Source: Candidatus Gottesmanbacteria bacterium RBG_16_37_8
GTDB taxonomy: Bacteria; Patescibacteriota; Microgenomatia; 2-02-FULL-39-11
Reading direction: 5' to 3'
DNA length: 43,379 nucleotides
NCBI GenBank assembly: GCA_001779055.1
Contig: MFJA01000011.1
Span: forward strand, 23,102-66,480
In this document: positions 18,677 to 26,904 of the stretch, piece after piece
Position numbering within the stretch: position 1 is the stretch's first letter
Layout of the letters: each line of letters begins with the position of its first letter
Program-made: the position numbers and the translations under genes
The notes under the pieces: generated by a model
Told to the model about the DNA's origin: nothing
Databases searched by the model: none
What the model saw: only the letters and a program-made list of their open reading frames with translations

Positions 18677-18705
18677 TTGACAGCTGATATTTAGCGTCTT
18701 ACGAT
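18677..18705 (+). promoter_or_regulatory. sigma70-like promoter of the nrdR-nrdJ operon
   Basis: TTGACA(18677..18682)-17 nt-TACGAT(18700..18705). Confidence 0.5.
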
Positions 18706-18713
18706 TTGCAAGG

Positions 18714-18729
18714 ACACTATAGATAGGGT
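18714..18729 (+). promoter_or_regulatory. NrdR box
   Basis: ACACTATAGATAGGGT matches the published NrdR-box palindrome (acaCwAtATaTwGtgt) at about 14 of 16 positions. It lies just downstream of the -10, at the predicted transcription start. Confidence 0.55.
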
Positions 18730-18753
18730 TGTTTCTTTAGCGACACCAATATT

Positions 18754-19200
18754 ATGAGGTGCCCTTTTTGTGACCATCAGGATACCGAAGTTGTAGAAAC
18801 CAGGGACAGCGAAGACCTGGCTACGATAAGAAGAAGACGGGAATGCACTAAATGTACCAAACGTTTTACAACATATGAACGGGTAGAACGCATACCTTTG
18901 ATTGTTATCAAAAAAGACGGCCGTAAAGAGCAATTTGATCGGGATAAGTTAAAACACGGTATTTTGAAATCATGCGAGAAAACAATTGTCGGCATTGAGG
19001 ATATAGAGTCAATTGTTGAGGAAGTTGATAAGGAATTAAGAAGCTTGGATACAATTGAGGTAGATAGTAAAAAAATCGGTCAATTGGTTGCCCAGAAGCT
19101 TAAGAAAATCGATAAAATAGCCTATATCCGTTTTGCCAGCGTGTTCCGACGTTTTGTTGATCTTGAAGATTTTGAGAAAGAATTACAAAAGCTGCTTTAA
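18754..19200 (+). CDS. nrdR: transcriptional repressor NrdR (zinc ribbon plus ATP-cone)
   Basis: MRCPFCDHQDTEVVETRDSED...RRRRECTKCTKRFTTYERVE followed by an ATP-cone. Confidence 0.95.
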   Translation: MRCPFCDHQDTEVVETRDSEDLATIRRRRECTKCTKRFTTYERVERIPLIVIKKDGRKEQFDRDKLKHGILKSCEKTIVGIEDIESIVEEVDKELRSLDTIEVDSKKIGQLVAQKLKKIDKIAYIRFASVFRRFVDLEDFEKELQKLL

Positions 19201-19231
19201 AAAGGTTTATTAATAGAAGGGTGAAATATAA

Positions 19232-21571
19232 ATGAAATTAACAGGTATCAGACAGCAGGTTTTTTTGGATCGCTATTCATTGAAAAACGATAAAGGTCAG
19301 CCTGTTGAGAGTACTCCTGACAAGATGTGGGTAAGAGTAGCTAAAGGAATTGCTTCTGTTGAAAAAAAGGAAAGTAAAAACTTCTGGGAGAAAAAGTTTT
19401 ATCAGGTGATGGAAGATTTTAAGTTTGTCCCCGGAGGAAGAATACTATCCGGCGCAGGTTCCGGCTACAAAGTCACTTTCTATAATTGCTTTGTCATTCC
19501 CTCCCCCAAAGATTCCCGCGACGGCATTCTGGAAACATTAAAACAGATGGTGGAAATAATGGCCAGAGGCGGAGGAGTCGGTATTAATCTGTCATCATTA
19601 AGGCCCCGAGGGGCTAGGGTTAAAAAAGTTAACGGTTTTTCATCAGGGCCCTGCAACTGGGCGGAACTTTTTTCAGTTGCCACCAAAGATATTATCCAGC
19701 AGGGCGGTACAAGAAGGGGAGCTTTAATGCTCATGCTTTGGGATTGGCATCCTGATATTGAAGAATTTATTACCGTCAAAAGGGATTTAACGAGAATTAA
19801 TGGCGCTAATTTATCAGTCTGTGTTTCTGATAAATTTATGGAAGCAGTCAAAAAAGATGATGATTGGCAGCTTGTTTTCCCCGATATCTCCGACCGGGAG
19901 TATGACGGCAAATGGGATGGCTACTTGGATGATTGGGTTAAGTCAGGTAAAAAAGTTAAGGTCTATAAAACAGTTAAAGCCAGAAAGATCTGGGATTTGA
20001 TCAGTCAAGCTGCCTGGGCGTCAGCTGAACCGGGTGTTGTCTTCATGGAGAGATACAATAAATGGAATAATAATTGGTACTTCAATAAAATCAACTGCGT
20101 CAATCCGTGCGGAGAGGAAGGGCTGCCTGCTTATGGTGTATGTAATCTTTGTTCCATTAATTTGGCAGCTTTGGTTAAAAACGGTCATATAGATCTTAAA
20201 GAGCTGTCCCGTATTGCTAAAATCGGCGTCCGTTTTCAGGACAATGTCATAGATGCCGATTCTTATGTTTTTCCTCAAATAGAGAAAGTTCAAAAGCATG
20301 GTGAGCGCCGTATTGGTCTTGGCACCATGGGTCTGGGGGATGCTTTTATCAAAATGAAAATCCGCTATGGTTCAGATCAATCTTTAAAAGTTATCGATAA
20401 AATTTACCAAACAATAAGAGACGCAGCTTATGAGACTTCAGCTGAAATTGCCAAAGAAAAGGGAGCTTTTCCCAAATTTGATGCTGATAAATATCTCAAG
20501 GGTTACTTTGTCAGTCAGCTCCCGAAATCCGTTAAAGATAAAATCCGCAAATGGGGAATCAGAAACTCTGTTCTTCTTCAGCAGGCTCCCACAGGCTCCA
20601 CCTCGCTTTTATCCGGTGTTACCTCAGGTATTGAACCTGTTTATGAATTTTCCTTTATAAGACGCGACCGTTTAGGTGAACACCGTCTTTATCATCCTCT
20701 TTATGATGAATGGAAAAAGAAAAATCCAGATAAACCGGTGCCTGATTACTTTGTTTCCGCCAATGATTTGAATCCTGAAGATCATGTTCGGGTTCAGGCA
20801 GCTATTCAAAAATATGTTGATGCCTCAATATCCAAAACAGTCAATGCACCTAATACTCATACAGTTGCTGATGTTCAAAAGCTGTACCGTTTGGCTTACG
20901 AACTTGGTTGTAAAGGTATAACTTACATGCGCGACGGAAGCCGTCCCGGAGTTCTGGAAAGAATTGATCAGAAGAAGGAAGAAGCCAAAGCTGCCGTAGA
21001 TGAACTGACTAATGGTAACGGTAAAAAAACTCCTGAAATCACCCCCCGGCCTATGGTGGTTAAAGGTGCAACTTACCAGATTGATACTCCCGTTGGTGCA
21101 GCTTTTATCACCATTAATACGGATATTGCCAATGAACCGCTTGAATTATTTATTAATGTCGGTAAAGCCGGATCAGACGTTACCGCTATGGCTGAGGCAG
21201 TCGGCCGTTTAGCTTCACTTGTTTTGAGAATGCAATCGAGCGTCCCGGCTTCTGAAAGATCAAAACAGATCTTTAATCAACTTATTGGTATCGGCGGCAG
21301 TAAATCGCTCGGATTTGGAGAGAAAAAAGTCCGTTCATTGCCTGATGCCGTTGCTAAAATATTAGCCATGCATTTCGGCTATAAAGTTAAAAACGGCAAT
21401 GGTATTACCAAAGATGAAAAACTGCTTGATAAACCGGTTGCTGTTCTCACCCAAGAAGTTCTGCCGGTTGAAAAATCGGAATATGATTTATGTCCTTCTT
21501 GCGGAGAAGCAGCTCTGGCTTACGAGGAAGGCTGCAAGAAATGTTACAGCTGCGGCTACTCAGAATGCTGA
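19232..21571 (+). CDS. nrdJ: adenosylcobalamin-dependent ribonucleotide reductase (class II)
   Basis: 779 aa. Motifs NCFV, GGGVGINLSSLRPRG, NPCGEE and QQAPTGSTS. C-terminal CPSCG...CKKCYSCGYSEC zinc finger. GAAGGGTGA RBS upstream. Confidence 0.9.
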   Translation: MKLTGIRQQVFLDRYSLKNDKGQPVESTPDKMWVRVAKGIASVEKKESKNFWEKKFYQVMEDFKFVPGGRILSGAGSGYKVTFYNCFVIPSPKDSRDGILETLKQMVEIMARGGGVGINLSSLRPRGARVKKVNGFSSGPCNWAELFSVATKDIIQQGGTRRGALMLMLWDWHPDIEEFITVKRDLTRINGANLSVCVSDKFMEAVKKDDDWQLVFPDISDREYDGKWDGYLDDWVKSGKKVKVYKTVKARKIWDLISQAAWASAEPGVVFMERYNKWNNNWYFNKINCVNPCGEEGLPAYGVCNLCSINLAALVKNGHIDLKELSRIAKIGVRFQDNVIDADSYVFPQIEKVQKHGERRIGLGTMGLGDAFIKMKIRYGSDQSLKVIDKIYQTIRDAAYETSAEIAKEKGAFPKFDADKYLKGYFVSQLPKSVKDKIRKWGIRNSVLLQQAPTGSTSLLSGVTSGIEPVYEFSFIRRDRLGEHRLYHPLYDEWKKKNPDKPVPDYFVSANDLNPEDHVRVQAAIQKYVDASISKTVNAPNTHTVADVQKLYRLAYELGCKGITYMRDGSRPGVLERIDQKKEEAKAAVDELTNGNGKKTPEITPRPMVVKGATYQIDTPVGAAFITINTDIANEPLELFINVGKAGSDVTAMAEAVGRLASLVLRMQSSVPASERSKQIFNQLIGIGGSKSLGFGEKKVRSLPDAVAKILAMHFGYKVKNGNGITKDEKLLDKPVAVLTQEVLPVEKSEYDLCPSCGEAALAYEEGCKKCYSCGYSEC

Positions 21572-21621
21572 GCGTCAGCGAAGTCCCGATGAATATCGGG
21601 ATTGAACGGGTACAATGAACG

Positions 21622-22164
21622 ATGGTCAAAATCTACACCAGAACCGGTGATCAGGGAAAAACTTCCCTTTATGGAGGCAAGAGGGTCCTCAAATCACATC
21701 CGCGCGTCAATGCCTATGGTACGGTTGATGAATTAAATTCGCATTTGGGTTTGTTATTAGCCGCGCTTTCTAAAGAAAAAGAAATTATAAATTTCTTAAC
21801 TTCAATTCAATCCGATCTTTTCGTCATTGGCAGCCATTTATCAGGCGATAAAATACCTCTCCATTTATTAAGTAAAAGGATCAGACAAATGGAAAATTTG
21901 ATTGACCGTCTGGATAAAAACCTGCCGCCTTTAAAAAATTTTATCCTCCCTCTCGGATCTCCGGAGGCATCCTTAGCTCATATTGTCAGAACTGTCTGCC
22001 GAAGGAGTGAAAGACAAGTTATAGCTTTAATATCCGATGAAAAAAGTATCGACTTAGAGATTGTTGCCTATCTAAACCGTCTTTCTGATTTAATGTTTAT
22101 TATTGCCCGTTACCTCAATTCCCGTCGCGGGATAAAAGACGTTATTTGGAAAAAATTACTCTGA
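21622..22164 (+). CDS. PduO-type ATP:cob(I)alamin adenosyltransferase
   Basis: Begins MVKIYTRTGDQGKTSLYGG and carries ...RTVCRRSER... 180 aa. Confidence 0.88.
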   Translation: MVKIYTRTGDQGKTSLYGGKRVLKSHPRVNAYGTVDELNSHLGLLLAALSKEKEIINFLTSIQSDLFVIGSHLSGDKIPLHLLSKRIRQMENLIDRLDKNLPPLKNFILPLGSPEASLAHIVRTVCRRSERQVIALISDEKSIDLEIVAYLNRLSDLMFIIARYLNSRRGIKDVIWKKLL

Positions 22165-22233
22165 CATTCCCCTTGTCATTAAAGCCCAATATATGACAAA
22201 ATAGATGTGTTATAAAAATTCATTTGAATTTCT

Positions 22234-22701
22234 ATGAAAAGATTAAATTATAAGAGAAAAAGTAATCCGGTTTTAATCATCCTCTTTATTTTATTAGCTG
22301 TTATTTTGGTCATGCAGTTTACTGTCTTTAAGGGCAATAAATTTAATCTTGCCCCTGATAAAACTGATCAACGCCAGAGCCAAAATAACCAAAATCAGGC
22401 TATTCAGATGGAGGAAAATACTGTTACTGTCGATTTTGGTGATGGAAGGAAAATTGAAAAAAATGTTAAAGCAGAAACACCATTCCGGGCTTTGCAAATG
22501 GTTTCCGACAGCGAAGGTTTTGCAGTTTTAACAAAAGAGTATAAATACGGTTTGATTGTTGAAGAAATTAACAATGTTAAAAATAATTCGGGAAAATATT
22601 GGCTTTATTCAGTCAATAATCAGCCGGGTAAAATTGCCGCTGATCGTTATCAGTTAAATGCAGGTGATGTCGTTAAATGGGAATATACTAGTGCCAAATA
22701 A
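22234..22701 (+). CDS. membrane-anchored DUF4430-like protein (transcobalamin beta-domain-like fold), putative corrinoid binder
   Basis: N-terminal TM segment. C-terminal pattern VTVDFGDG...ETPFRALQMV...YGLIVEEINNVKNNSGKYWLYSVNNQPGKIAADRYQLNAGDVVKWEY is typical of DUF4430. Confidence 0.6.
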   Translation: MKRLNYKRKSNPVLIILFILLAVILVMQFTVFKGNKFNLAPDKTDQRQSQNNQNQAIQMEENTVTVDFGDGRKIEKNVKAETPFRALQMVSDSEGFAVLTKEYKYGLIVEEINNVKNNSGKYWLYSVNNQPGKIAADRYQLNAGDVVKWEYTSAK

Positions 22702-23314
22702 AATTGATAAAAAAAATCATCTGCCCATTTTTAATAATACCCCTTCTTTCAGGGTTTTTTTTGCCGTACTTTTGATTATTCTGGCAGTTTTAGGAAGAAC
22801 AATTTTTCATTTGGGTGAAAATATCGAGTTTGTAACTGCTGCCTCGCTTTTAGCAGGCAGTTTCCTTGGTTTATTTTGGTCAATAACAGTTCCGCTGGTT
22901 TCTATGGCCATTAGCGATCTGATAATCGGCAATACCCTGATTTTCCTTTTCACCTGGAGTGCTTATTTAATAATAGGTATTCTTGGTTTTATATTTTTAC
23001 GCTCCTCGAAAGGAATTGTTTCACAGACTATTAAAGCAACCTTTACCGGAGTTCTTGCCTCTTTTGTCTTTTTTCTTTGGACTAATTTTGGCGTCTGGTT
23101 GCTTGACAGTTTCGGTATGTATTCTGATGGTTTGTCCGGACTCATAGAGTCTTATATTTTCGGCCTGCCTTTTTTAAAGATGAATCTGTTGGGAAATTTA
23201 TTTTTAGTACCCCTCTCCTTTATTCTTTTTCACCTGTTTCTCATTTTTTATCCGTCAATCTTTAAGTCTGCATCAAAGACTGAAAGAAGTTATATTAAAA
23301 AAGGAAGTTATTAA
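22658..23314 (+). CDS. DUF6580-like polytopic membrane protein, putative vitamin (B12) uptake component
   Basis: Motifs ...NIEFVTAASLLAGSFLG... and ...FFLWTNFGVWLLD...GLSGLIESYIFGLPFLKMNLLGNLFLVP. An in-frame GTG at 22691 is an alternative start and would cut the overlap with the upstream gene to 11 nt. Confidence 0.5.
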   Translation: MQVMSLNGNILVPNKIDKKNHLPIFNNTPSFRVFFAVLLIILAVLGRTIFHLGENIEFVTAASLLAGSFLGLFWSITVPLVSMAISDLIIGNTLIFLFTWSAYLIIGILGFIFLRSSKGIVSQTIKATFTGVLASFVFFLWTNFGVWLLDSFGMYSDGLSGLIESYIFGLPFLKMNLLGNLFLVPLSFILFHLFLIFYPSIFKSASKTERSYIKKGSY

Positions 23315-23319
23315 TAATC

Positions 23320-23784
23320 ATGCCTGCCCAATCAGCAAATACCACATCTTCTGCCGATCCCAAGTTTCCAACATCGACTCCTTCCTCCCAACCCGCCAAT
23401 GCTCCTGCTCAGGCTTCTGTTTCAATCCATGGCAAGGAAGCAGAAAGCACCCCTGTTATTAAAGGAGAAATTTCAGCATCAGAATCCCAGGAATTTGAAA
23501 TTCCCAAAGAAGTGGCCAGTGTTGGTGTCCGGGAAATTAAAGGAACAATAGAACTCCCCCCGGATGTAAAAAGGTTGGGTGTTGCGCCGTCAGGCTCTCA
23601 GACACCGGTAGTTTCTCTCCCCACAGTCTCTCTGCCGTTAACTGATGATAAAATTCTTCAGGGGGTCAATGCTCCGCTTACTTCCGCTTTTAAATGGCTG
23701 GCAGTTTGGTGCATTAAAAAACTTCAAAAAGCTCATCTTGTCCTGAAAAACATACATGGTAAAATCATTCGGGTTAAAAATTAA
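23320..23784 (+). CDS. hypothetical protein with a P/S/A-rich N-terminus and a basic amphipathic C-terminus
   Basis: 154 aa. Low-complexity N-terminal third and C-terminal ...SAFKWLAVWCIKKLQKAHLVLKNIHGKIIRVKN. It ends 15 nt upstream of the ATPase gene. Confidence 0.5.
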   Translation: MPAQSANTTSSADPKFPTSTPSSQPANAPAQASVSIHGKEAESTPVIKGEISASESQEFEIPKEVASVGVREIKGTIELPPDVKRLGVAPSGSQTPVVSLPTVSLPLTDDKILQGVNAPLTSAFKWLAVWCIKKLQKAHLVLKNIHGKIIRVKN

Positions 23785-23799
23785 ATCATAATTCTAATT

Positions 23800-26145
23800 A
23801 TGGATGAAGGAACTTTCGAAATAGTCAATCTGTTGATTGATTTTGGAATAACTTTATTTATCCTGGTTCTATTCCTGGCCGGAATTGCCCTCTTTCTTTA
23901 TTTCTTCTTTTTATGGTGGAAATATAGAAATCGCGAAAAGCAAAGTTTGGAATTTGTTCTTCTGCAGGTTTCCGTTTCTAAAGATAATGAAGTCAAAATT
24001 GATGCTGCCGAGCAGTTTTTTACTGCTCTTTCTTCTCTTTCTCACGGAGGTTTTTTATCATTTTTAAAGCCTCAGGACTATATTGCTTTTGAGATTGTCG
24101 GTCGTCCAGGCGATATCCGCTTCTATGTTTCCGTTCATCATCACCTAAGGGATCTTATTGAAAAACAGATCTATGGAATGTATCCTGCCGCTGAAATCAG
24201 GGAAATTGATGAATATAATATTTTTAATGCTGTTGGTAAAGTTGCTTTTACTTCTTTTATTCTTAAAGATGCTGATTATCTGCCCATAAAAACCTACCGC
24301 GATCTGCCTATCGATTCTTTATCGGCCATTACCTCAACATTGGCTAAAATGCAGGATGGTGAAGGTGCCGTTATCCAAGTTCTGGTTACCCCCTCAGACG
24401 GCAAATGGAAAACAGCCGGTAAATCCCACATCTCCAATATAAAGAAAAATGAAGCTAATCCCGAAAAAGCGAAGTATAATGTTGATGCTAAATCTCTGGA
24501 AACAATTGAAAATAAGCTGACTAAACCTGGTTTTTTTACCACCATCCGTGTAGTTGTTACTTCATCAACAACAGAGTCGGCTAAAATGCATCTTCATAAT
24601 ATTGAATCAGTTTTTTCCCAATTTTCCTCGGACAAAAATCATTTTGGTTCAACAAAACAGCTGATAAAAAGTTCCTTTATGTTTGATTTTATCTACCGTT
24701 ATTTCCCTGTTAGTAATTGGCCGTATAAACAATATAGTGTTTTAACCAGTGAGGAGTTGGCAACAGTCTTTCACTTTCCCAATAAAAGTGTGGAAACACC
24801 CCATATTGACTGGGTGACTTCCAAAAAAGCTCCTGCTCCGGCGGATATTCCTACCACCGGTCTATATCTTGGTAAAAGTGCCTACCGGGGCATCTCCCGT
24901 CCGATACATATGCAGTTGGATGACAGAAGGCGTCATATCTATATTGTCGGCAAAACTGGTGTCGGCAAATCGGTACTTTTAAAAGATATGATTCTTCAGG
25001 ATATTAAATCCGGCCAAGGTGTTGCTGCTATCGATCCCCATGGAGATCTAATTGAAGGAATTTTACCCCTCATTCCTCCCGAAAGAGCCGAAGACGTTAT
25101 CTATTTTGATCCCTCTGATATAGAGCGTCCCATGGGATTAAATATGCTGGAAGCCTATACAGAAGAACAGAAACATTTCATTTGTACCTCAATTATCGGA
25201 CTGATGTATAAACTTTATGATCCGCAAAAAACAGGTATCATCGGCCCGAGGTTTGAGCATGCCATCAGAAATGCCATGTTAACCGTCATGGTCGAGCCAG
25301 GTGCATCTTTTGTCGAGGTGGTCAGAGTTTTGACCGATTCAGCCTTTGTCCAGGAGCTTCTTCCCAAGGTTACTGACCCGATCATCAGGCGTTATTGGAC
25401 CGACCAGATTGCTCAAACTTCCGATTTTCATAAATCCGAAGTTCTGGATTATATAGTTTCCAAATTCGGCCGTTTCGTCACCAACAAATTAATGCGTAAT
25501 ATTATCGGCCAATCCAAAAGCGCTTTTGACTTCAGAAAAATCATGGATGAAGGTAAAATACTTCTGGTAAATCTGGCCAAAGGCAAACTCGGTGAAGAAA
25601 ATTCATCATTTTTAGGCTTAATTCTTGTTCCCAAAATTCTGATTGCCGCCATGAGCCGTGTGGATACTCCCGAAGATGCCCGTCGTGACTTCTTTCTCTA
25701 TGTTGACGAGTTTCAGAATTTCGCTACTCCCGATTTTGCCCAGATATTATCAGAAGCAAGAAAATTCCGTCTCAACTTATGTGTTGCCAACCAGTTTATC
25801 GGCCAGATGGAAGAGGAAGTCAAAAATGCCGTGTTCGGCAATGTCGGTACCATCATTTCCTTCAGGATTGGCGTCACTGATGCTAATTATCTTCAGCACT
25901 GGTATACTTCGGTTTTTAACGAAAGCGATCTTATTAATGTCGATGTCTATAATGCCTATGTCACAACTATAATCGGCAATAAACCGGCTACTCCTTTTTC
26001 TGTTGACATGAGAAAAGACATAAGCGAGTTGAAAAAAATGGAGAATAAAGAAGTTGCCAAGGCAATTGTCCAATTATCCCGCCTCAAATACGGCCGTCCC
26101 CGCGAACTGGTCGAAGCCGAGATCTCCCGGCGTGCCAAGTTATAA
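23800..26145 (+). CDS. membrane-anchored VirD4/TraG/TraD-like (T4SS coupling-protein-like) P-loop ATPase
   Basis: N-terminal TM segment (ITLFILVLFLAGIALFLYFFFLWW), then about 300 aa of unknown domain. Walker A is YIVGKTGVGKS and the Walker B-like motif is FFLYVDEFQNF. SEARKFRLNLCVANQ resembles the TraG/TraD C-terminal module. Confidence 0.7.
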   Translation: MDEGTFEIVNLLIDFGITLFILVLFLAGIALFLYFFFLWWKYRNREKQSLEFVLLQVSVSKDNEVKIDAAEQFFTALSSLSHGGFLSFLKPQDYIAFEIVGRPGDIRFYVSVHHHLRDLIEKQIYGMYPAAEIREIDEYNIFNAVGKVAFTSFILKDADYLPIKTYRDLPIDSLSAITSTLAKMQDGEGAVIQVLVTPSDGKWKTAGKSHISNIKKNEANPEKAKYNVDAKSLETIENKLTKPGFFTTIRVVVTSSTTESAKMHLHNIESVFSQFSSDKNHFGSTKQLIKSSFMFDFIYRYFPVSNWPYKQYSVLTSEELATVFHFPNKSVETPHIDWVTSKKAPAPADIPTTGLYLGKSAYRGISRPIHMQLDDRRRHIYIVGKTGVGKSVLLKDMILQDIKSGQGVAAIDPHGDLIEGILPLIPPERAEDVIYFDPSDIERPMGLNMLEAYTEEQKHFICTSIIGLMYKLYDPQKTGIIGPRFEHAIRNAMLTVMVEPGASFVEVVRVLTDSAFVQELLPKVTDPIIRRYWTDQIAQTSDFHKSEVLDYIVSKFGRFVTNKLMRNIIGQSKSAFDFRKIMDEGKILLVNLAKGKLGEENSSFLGLILVPKILIAAMSRVDTPEDARRDFFLYVDEFQNFATPDFAQILSEARKFRLNLCVANQFIGQMEEEVKNAVFGNVGTIISFRIGVTDANYLQHWYTSVFNESDLINVDVYNAYVTTIIGNKPATPFSVDMRKDISELKKMENKEVAKAIVQLSRLKYGRPRELVEAEISRRAKL

Positions 26146-26171
26146 TAAAAATTTGCTATAATCCCTTTGAC

Positions 26172-26243
26172 GGACGCGTAGCTCAGTGGTAGAGCGCCAA
26201 CCTTATAAGTTGGAAGTCCTTGGTCCGATCCCAAGCGCGTCCA
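26172..26243 (+). tRNA. tRNA-Ile, anticodon UAU (reads AUA)
   Basis: Hand-folded cloverleaf. Acceptor stem GGACGCG/CGCGTCC; D stem GCTC/GAGC; anticodon stem CCAAC/GTTGG with loop CTTATAA (U33, anticodon TAT, A37); T stem CTTGG/CCAAG with loop TCCGATC; discriminator A. No CCA is encoded. Confidence 0.85.
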
Positions 26244-26250
26244 CAAATTT

Positions 26251-26511
26251 TTAATAAACATCTCCTCTATCTTCAATAATCCAAATTTTAATTTCTTTTT
26301 TCAGTTCATCAACCGTAAATAGAATTCTTCTTGATCCAACGCGTAATCTCACCATATTTTCAAATTTTCCTTTGAGCGCTTTTATGTCTAAATTTTTAAG
26401 TGTCTGAAGATAAGCAAGTTTGTTAATAGCGTCTGAAACTATGCGGTAGCTTTTTGGGTCAAGTTTGGAAAGAAATTTCACTGCTTTCTTACCAATGAGG
26501 ATTTTGTGCAT
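26251..26511 (-). CDS. relE: RelE/ParE-family toxin
   Basis: 86 aa. ...LKGKFENMVRLRVGSRRILFTVDELKKEIKIWIIEDRGDVY is a typical RelE/StbE C-terminus. It abuts the antitoxin gene with no gap. Confidence 0.75.
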   Translation of the reverse strand: MHKILIGKKAVKFLSKLDPKSYRIVSDAINKLAYLQTLKNLDIKALKGKFENMVRLRVGSRRILFTVDELKKEIKIWIIEDRGDVY

Positions 26512-26802
26512 TTAGGAATTTTTCAGCTTTTTCCGCTGTTTTTTGTCAAATGAAGCGAAATCTATAAATTTATCTCCTTTTTCAATTGATTTCTCCAGTT
26601 TTTTTGTTTCTTTTTCTTCCTCAAACTCTTCAAAAAGATTAATAATTTGTTGGTATTGAGTAGGGGATAGCATGACAGCTACAGTGTCGTTATCTCTTGT
26701 AACCACTACCGGCTGGTTTTGCTCTAAATGCTTAATGATATCTGCACTTTTGTACCGAAGATCGGTTATTGATTTGATAGTCGGAATTATTGGCAGTCTC
26801 AT
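26512..26802 (-). CDS. Phd/YefM-family antitoxin
   Basis: SITDLRYKSADIIKHLEQNQPVVVTRDNDTVAVMLSPTQYQQI is a Phd/YefM fold signature. The C-terminal tail is acidic and basic. Confidence 0.75.
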   Translation of the reverse strand: MRLPIIPTIKSITDLRYKSADIIKHLEQNQPVVVTRDNDTVAVMLSPTQYQQIINLFEEFEEEKETKKLEKSIEKGDKFIDFASFDKKQRKKLKNS

Positions 26803-26810
26803 ATATCATA

Positions 26811-26839
26811 ATTATGACTTATTTATAAGACATTGTCAA
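26811..26839 (-). promoter_or_regulatory. promoter of phd-relE (leaderless), overlapping a 12-bp palindrome
   Basis: The minus strand reads TTGACA(26839..26834)-17 nt-CATAAT(26816..26811)-8 nt-ATG(26802). The perfect palindrome TCATAATTATGA at 26806..26817 covers the -10 and is an operator candidate. Confidence 0.4.
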
Positions 26840-26904
26840 GATGGCCTACTATTTCTGCCCACGTGATTTTCACAATATGGTACACTTTTACTTAGAATTA
26901 AAAA

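Noticed and set aside
18744-18759. Second NrdR box overlapping the nrdR start codon (CACCAATATTATGAGG), about 30 bp centre-to-centre from the first box.
   Set aside because: The spacing is right for tandem NrdR boxes, but only about 9 of 16 positions match the consensus. That is too weak to call without a position weight matrix score.
19480-19911. 143-aa antisense ORF inside nrdJ. Similar antisense ORFs occur at 15342..15725, 12347..12685, 20021..20299, 33244..33525 and 40151..40516.
   Set aside because: Each lies fully inside or opposite a strongly supported gene. None has a recognisable motif or a promoter/start context, and the translations are low-complexity. Such ORFs are expected by chance in AT-rich DNA.
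21584-21601. The hairpin TCCCGAT-GAAT-ATCGGGA between nrdJ and the adenosyltransferase gene as a terminator.
   Set aside because: It is followed by only two T residues, and the downstream gene has no obvious promoter of its own. An mRNA-stability or processing element is more likely. There is not enough evidence to annotate it.
22165-22233. Possible cobalamin riboswitch ahead of the DUF4430/DUF6580 genes.
   Set aside because: The gap is only 69 nt and has no B12-box-like sequence. It contains only a 7-bp inverted repeat (TTGTCAT...ATGACAA) and a -10-like TGTTATAAA, so it is too short for a riboswitch.
25956-26276. 106-aa minus-strand ORF spanning the tRNA-Ile gene, and an 85-aa ORF at 42957..43214 inside the tmRNA.
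   Set aside because: Both overlap well-folded structural RNA genes, so they are artefacts of stop-free GC-richer RNA sequence.
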